A DNA stretch of 24,876 nucleotides from a virus (Duplodnaviria > Caudoviricetes). This document shows, piece by piece, positions 23,054-24,876 of this stretch (positions within the stretch are counted from its first letter, which is position 1; each line of letters begins with the position of its first letter). The DNA lies in the IMG/VR virus record IMGVR_UViG_3300020044_004953, positions 1 to 24,876 of that record. One strand, written 5' to 3'. Below the pieces are notes generated by a model. It was given only the letters and a program-made list of their open reading frames with translations, was not told the DNA's origin and did no database searches. The position numbers and the translations under genes are program-made.

Positions 23054-23309
23054 AAAATATATTACCAAGGGGGCGTGGTTAAATAAAATTACATCCGTCA
23101 CTATTGATAAAGAAACAGCATCAAGCGTTTGGGTTGATGGCAGAAAAAAGAGCAAGCGCAGCGGTTATGAAAATTACCACGACTCATTCGCTGAAGCCAA
23201 GGCGTTTTTAATGGCTGAATGCGATGATAAAATGAGACAAGCGCAATCGCAATATGACAACGCAAAAGCCATGAAGTCGAAAATTAACGAATTGAAAGAG
23301 CATGAATAA
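23037..23309 (+). repeat. 17-bp perfect direct repeat TGAAAGAGCATGAATAA at 23037-23053 and 23293-23309
   Basis: Read directly. Each copy contains the ATG of the next gene and the TAA of the previous gene. Confidence 0.9.
23046..23309 (+). CDS. Hypothetical protein bracketed by the 17-bp direct repeat
   Basis: 87 aa, contains YHDSFAEAKAFL, ends in KEHE. Confidence 0.7.
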   Translation: MNKKYITKGAWLNKITSVTIDKETASSVWVDGRKKSKRSGYENYHDSFAEAKAFLMAECDDKMRQAQSQYDNAKAMKSKINELKEHE

Positions 23310-23685
23310 CCAACACACACTCGAAACTATGCTGATCGAGCTGGCATCGCAACCGACAAGCGAAGTCGCCGTCAAACTATGCCGCAAGCTGAAACTAGGC
23401 ATACAAGGCAAAAAACCAGCGCGGCTAAATGTGAATCAATGTGTTGTCATCCTGGCACTTGGACGCGGCGAGATTTGCACTTACTCTGATTATCGCAACA
23501 TTATTACGAAGCTAGTCAATAACGGATATATTGCCAAGGAGCTATCCGAAACGCGAGGCAGCAACCACAGACCACTAAACCGCTATTGGCTAACCGACAA
23601 GGGACAAGCAGCGCATCAGGAAATCGTCGCTAAGTTCACGCCAGTTTTAGACAGAATTAACAAACAACTATTGCAAGCGAAATGA
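23302..23685 (+). CDS. Winged-helix (MarR-like wing) DNA-binding protein
   Basis: LVNNGYI...YWLTDKG pattern. Confidence 0.65.
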   Translation: MNNQHTLETMLIELASQPTSEVAVKLCRKLKLGIQGKKPARLNVNQCVVILALGRGEICTYSDYRNIITKLVNNGYIAKELSETRGSNHRPLNRYWLTDKGQAAHQEIVAKFTPVLDRINKQLLQAK

Positions 23686-24011
23686 GCAAAATGGCACAAT
23701 CACCCACCAAGCTATCACTAGCACACTTGCGGAAAACCTGCGACGTAGTGGAAGTTGTCGAGCATTGGAATAGTTTCGTTCGGCAGCGCAAAGACCTTTT
23801 CGGAATCATCGACATCATCGCTTTACGGGGCGCGGAAACAGTCGCCATTCAATCGACATCATGGGGCAACGTCTCGGCGCGGATTAAGAAAATGGCTGAG
23901 TCGGAAAACATCGGATTCATTCGCAAAGCTGGATGGACAATCCTGGTTCACGGATGGCGCAAGAATGCTAAGACAAAACGATATGAATTGAAGGAAATTG
24001 ATATATCATAA
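23682..24011 (+). CDS. Small PD-(D/E)XK-like nuclease (possible Holliday junction resolvase)
   Basis: KDLFGIIDIIAL...AIQST...ILVHGW pattern. Confidence 0.65.
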   Translation: MSKMAQSPTKLSLAHLRKTCDVVEVVEHWNSFVRQRKDLFGIIDIIALRGAETVAIQSTSWGNVSARIKKMAESENIGFIRKAGWTILVHGWRKNAKTKRYELKEIDIS

Positions 24012-24030
24012 ACAACAACAAAACAAAATT

Positions 24031-24270
24031 ATGCCTGCTATTTATAAACACAACAAAAACATACAAGAGGAAATCGAGCTAACTGGAACGGATATTGCGG
24101 AATTATTTTGGCAACTTGGCGAATATGACCAAGCGGATTTTTTCAACCACTTATCAACATTTAACAAAATTCCAATGCAATTACAATATCTTACAGACTG
24201 CCCTGATTTGGATGACGGCGGGAGACGCGTGATGGCGTTGATTGGAGAATATGCACCAAAGAAACCATGA
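24031..24270 (+). CDS. Hypothetical protein
   Basis: ATG after an A/C-rich leader. Contains DIAELFW...QADFFN. Confidence 0.65.
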   Translation: MPAIYKHNKNIQEEIELTGTDIAELFWQLGEYDQADFFNHLSTFNKIPMQLQYLTDCPDLDDGGRRVMALIGEYAPKKP

Positions 24271-24458
24271 CCCTAGAAACAAAAATCACACGCGACCTAA
24301 AAGCGGGGCAAGCTACTTTACAGAATCTTGCTAAAAATACAAACTCGACAATCGCAGCGGTTACCGTTACGCTTGTTCGCATGGCAAGAAATCGCAAGGT
24401 TTATACTGAACAACTAGCAGACGGATTGACCGTTTGGAAACTGAATTTTGATAACTAA
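24267..24458 (+). CDS. Small winged-HTH-like protein
   Basis: ATLQNLAKNTNSTIAAVTVTLVRM...VWKL pattern. Confidence 0.6.
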   Translation: MTLETKITRDLKAGQATLQNLAKNTNSTIAAVTVTLVRMARNRKVYTEQLADGLTVWKLNFDN

Positions 24459-24481
24459 AAACACGAAAAACAAATAAGAAT

Positions 24482-24673
24482 ATGAATATACCACAACAAG
24501 AAGAAGTTGCCTATATCGCGGCGAGAATTAAAACGCTAGGAGAAAAAATTGATTTGCAAACATGGAATCTAGACTGCGCTAAAACAGTTTTAGAATCAAA
24601 GCTCGCAAAATTAGCTGCACTACAAGATGAGCAGTCCGAACTAATCGCAAAACTTAAAGACATACTCAAATAA
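24482..24673 (+). CDS. 63-aa coiled-coil protein, paralog B
   Basis: Paralog of 20595-20786. Confidence 0.8.
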   Translation: MNIPQQEEVAYIAARIKTLGEKIDLQTWNLDCAKTVLESKLAKLAALQDEQSELIAKLKDILK

Positions 24674-24674
24674 C

Positions 24675-24876
24675 ATGAGCAAAAAATACACAATCGAAGG
24701 AACGCTGAAACATATCAGCGACACGCAAACATTCGCAAGCGGATTTACCAAGCGAGAATTTGTCATCGAAACAGGCGACGATAAATATCCGCAACTGGTA
24801 AAGCTGGAAGTATCGAAAGAGCGATGCAAAGAACTAGATCAATGTCAAGTCGGCGACATGATGGAAGTGCAATTCG
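24675..24876 (+). CDS. DUF3127-like OB-fold protein (putative ssDNA-binding), 3' truncated by window
   Basis: Hand translation MSKKYTIEG...SGFTKREFVIETGDDKYPQLVKLEVSKERCKELDQCQVGDMMEVQF. Confidence 0.8.
   Translation, partial: MSKKYTIEGTLKHISDTQTFASGFTKREFVIETGDDKYPQLVKLEVSKERCKELDQCQVGDMMEVQF

Overview
This window is a 24.9-kb fragment of a tailed dsDNA phage or prophage with siphovirus-type gene order. Almost all genes are on the + strand. Bases 1-14105 hold the morphogenesis module: a lambda-GpA-type terminase C-terminus, lambda-family portal, S49 head protease, scaffold, major capsid protein, neck and tail genes, a G/GT tail chaperone pair with a GGGAAAG -1 frameshift, a short tape measure protein, tail-tip genes and a tail fibre. 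Bases 14109-17765 hold lysis and accessory genes: two holin-like proteins, a DUF1353-like protein, a small lipoprotein, an L,D-transpeptidase-motif putative endolysin, an HExxH protein, a metallophosphoesterase and a winged-helix protein. Bases 17766-18544 form a divergent control region with two minus-strand sigma70-like promoters, a candidate structured ncRNA of about 130 nt and a cluster of inverted repeats. Bases 18545-24876 are an early/recombination operon with RecT, a YqaJ exonuclease, a PD-(D/E)XK nuclease, a DUF3127-like protein and many small ORFs. The most notable unexplained signals are: (1) TTGACACC placed 11-13 nt before the ATG of five morphogenesis genes; (2) the minus-strand structured RNA; (3) accessory genes flanked by duplicated gene-junction sequences; (4) a micro-protein carrying a second copy of the scaffold's C-terminal motif. 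All family assignments come from motif recognition and gene order, not database searches. A Verrucomicrobiota- or Bacteroidota-like host is inferred only.
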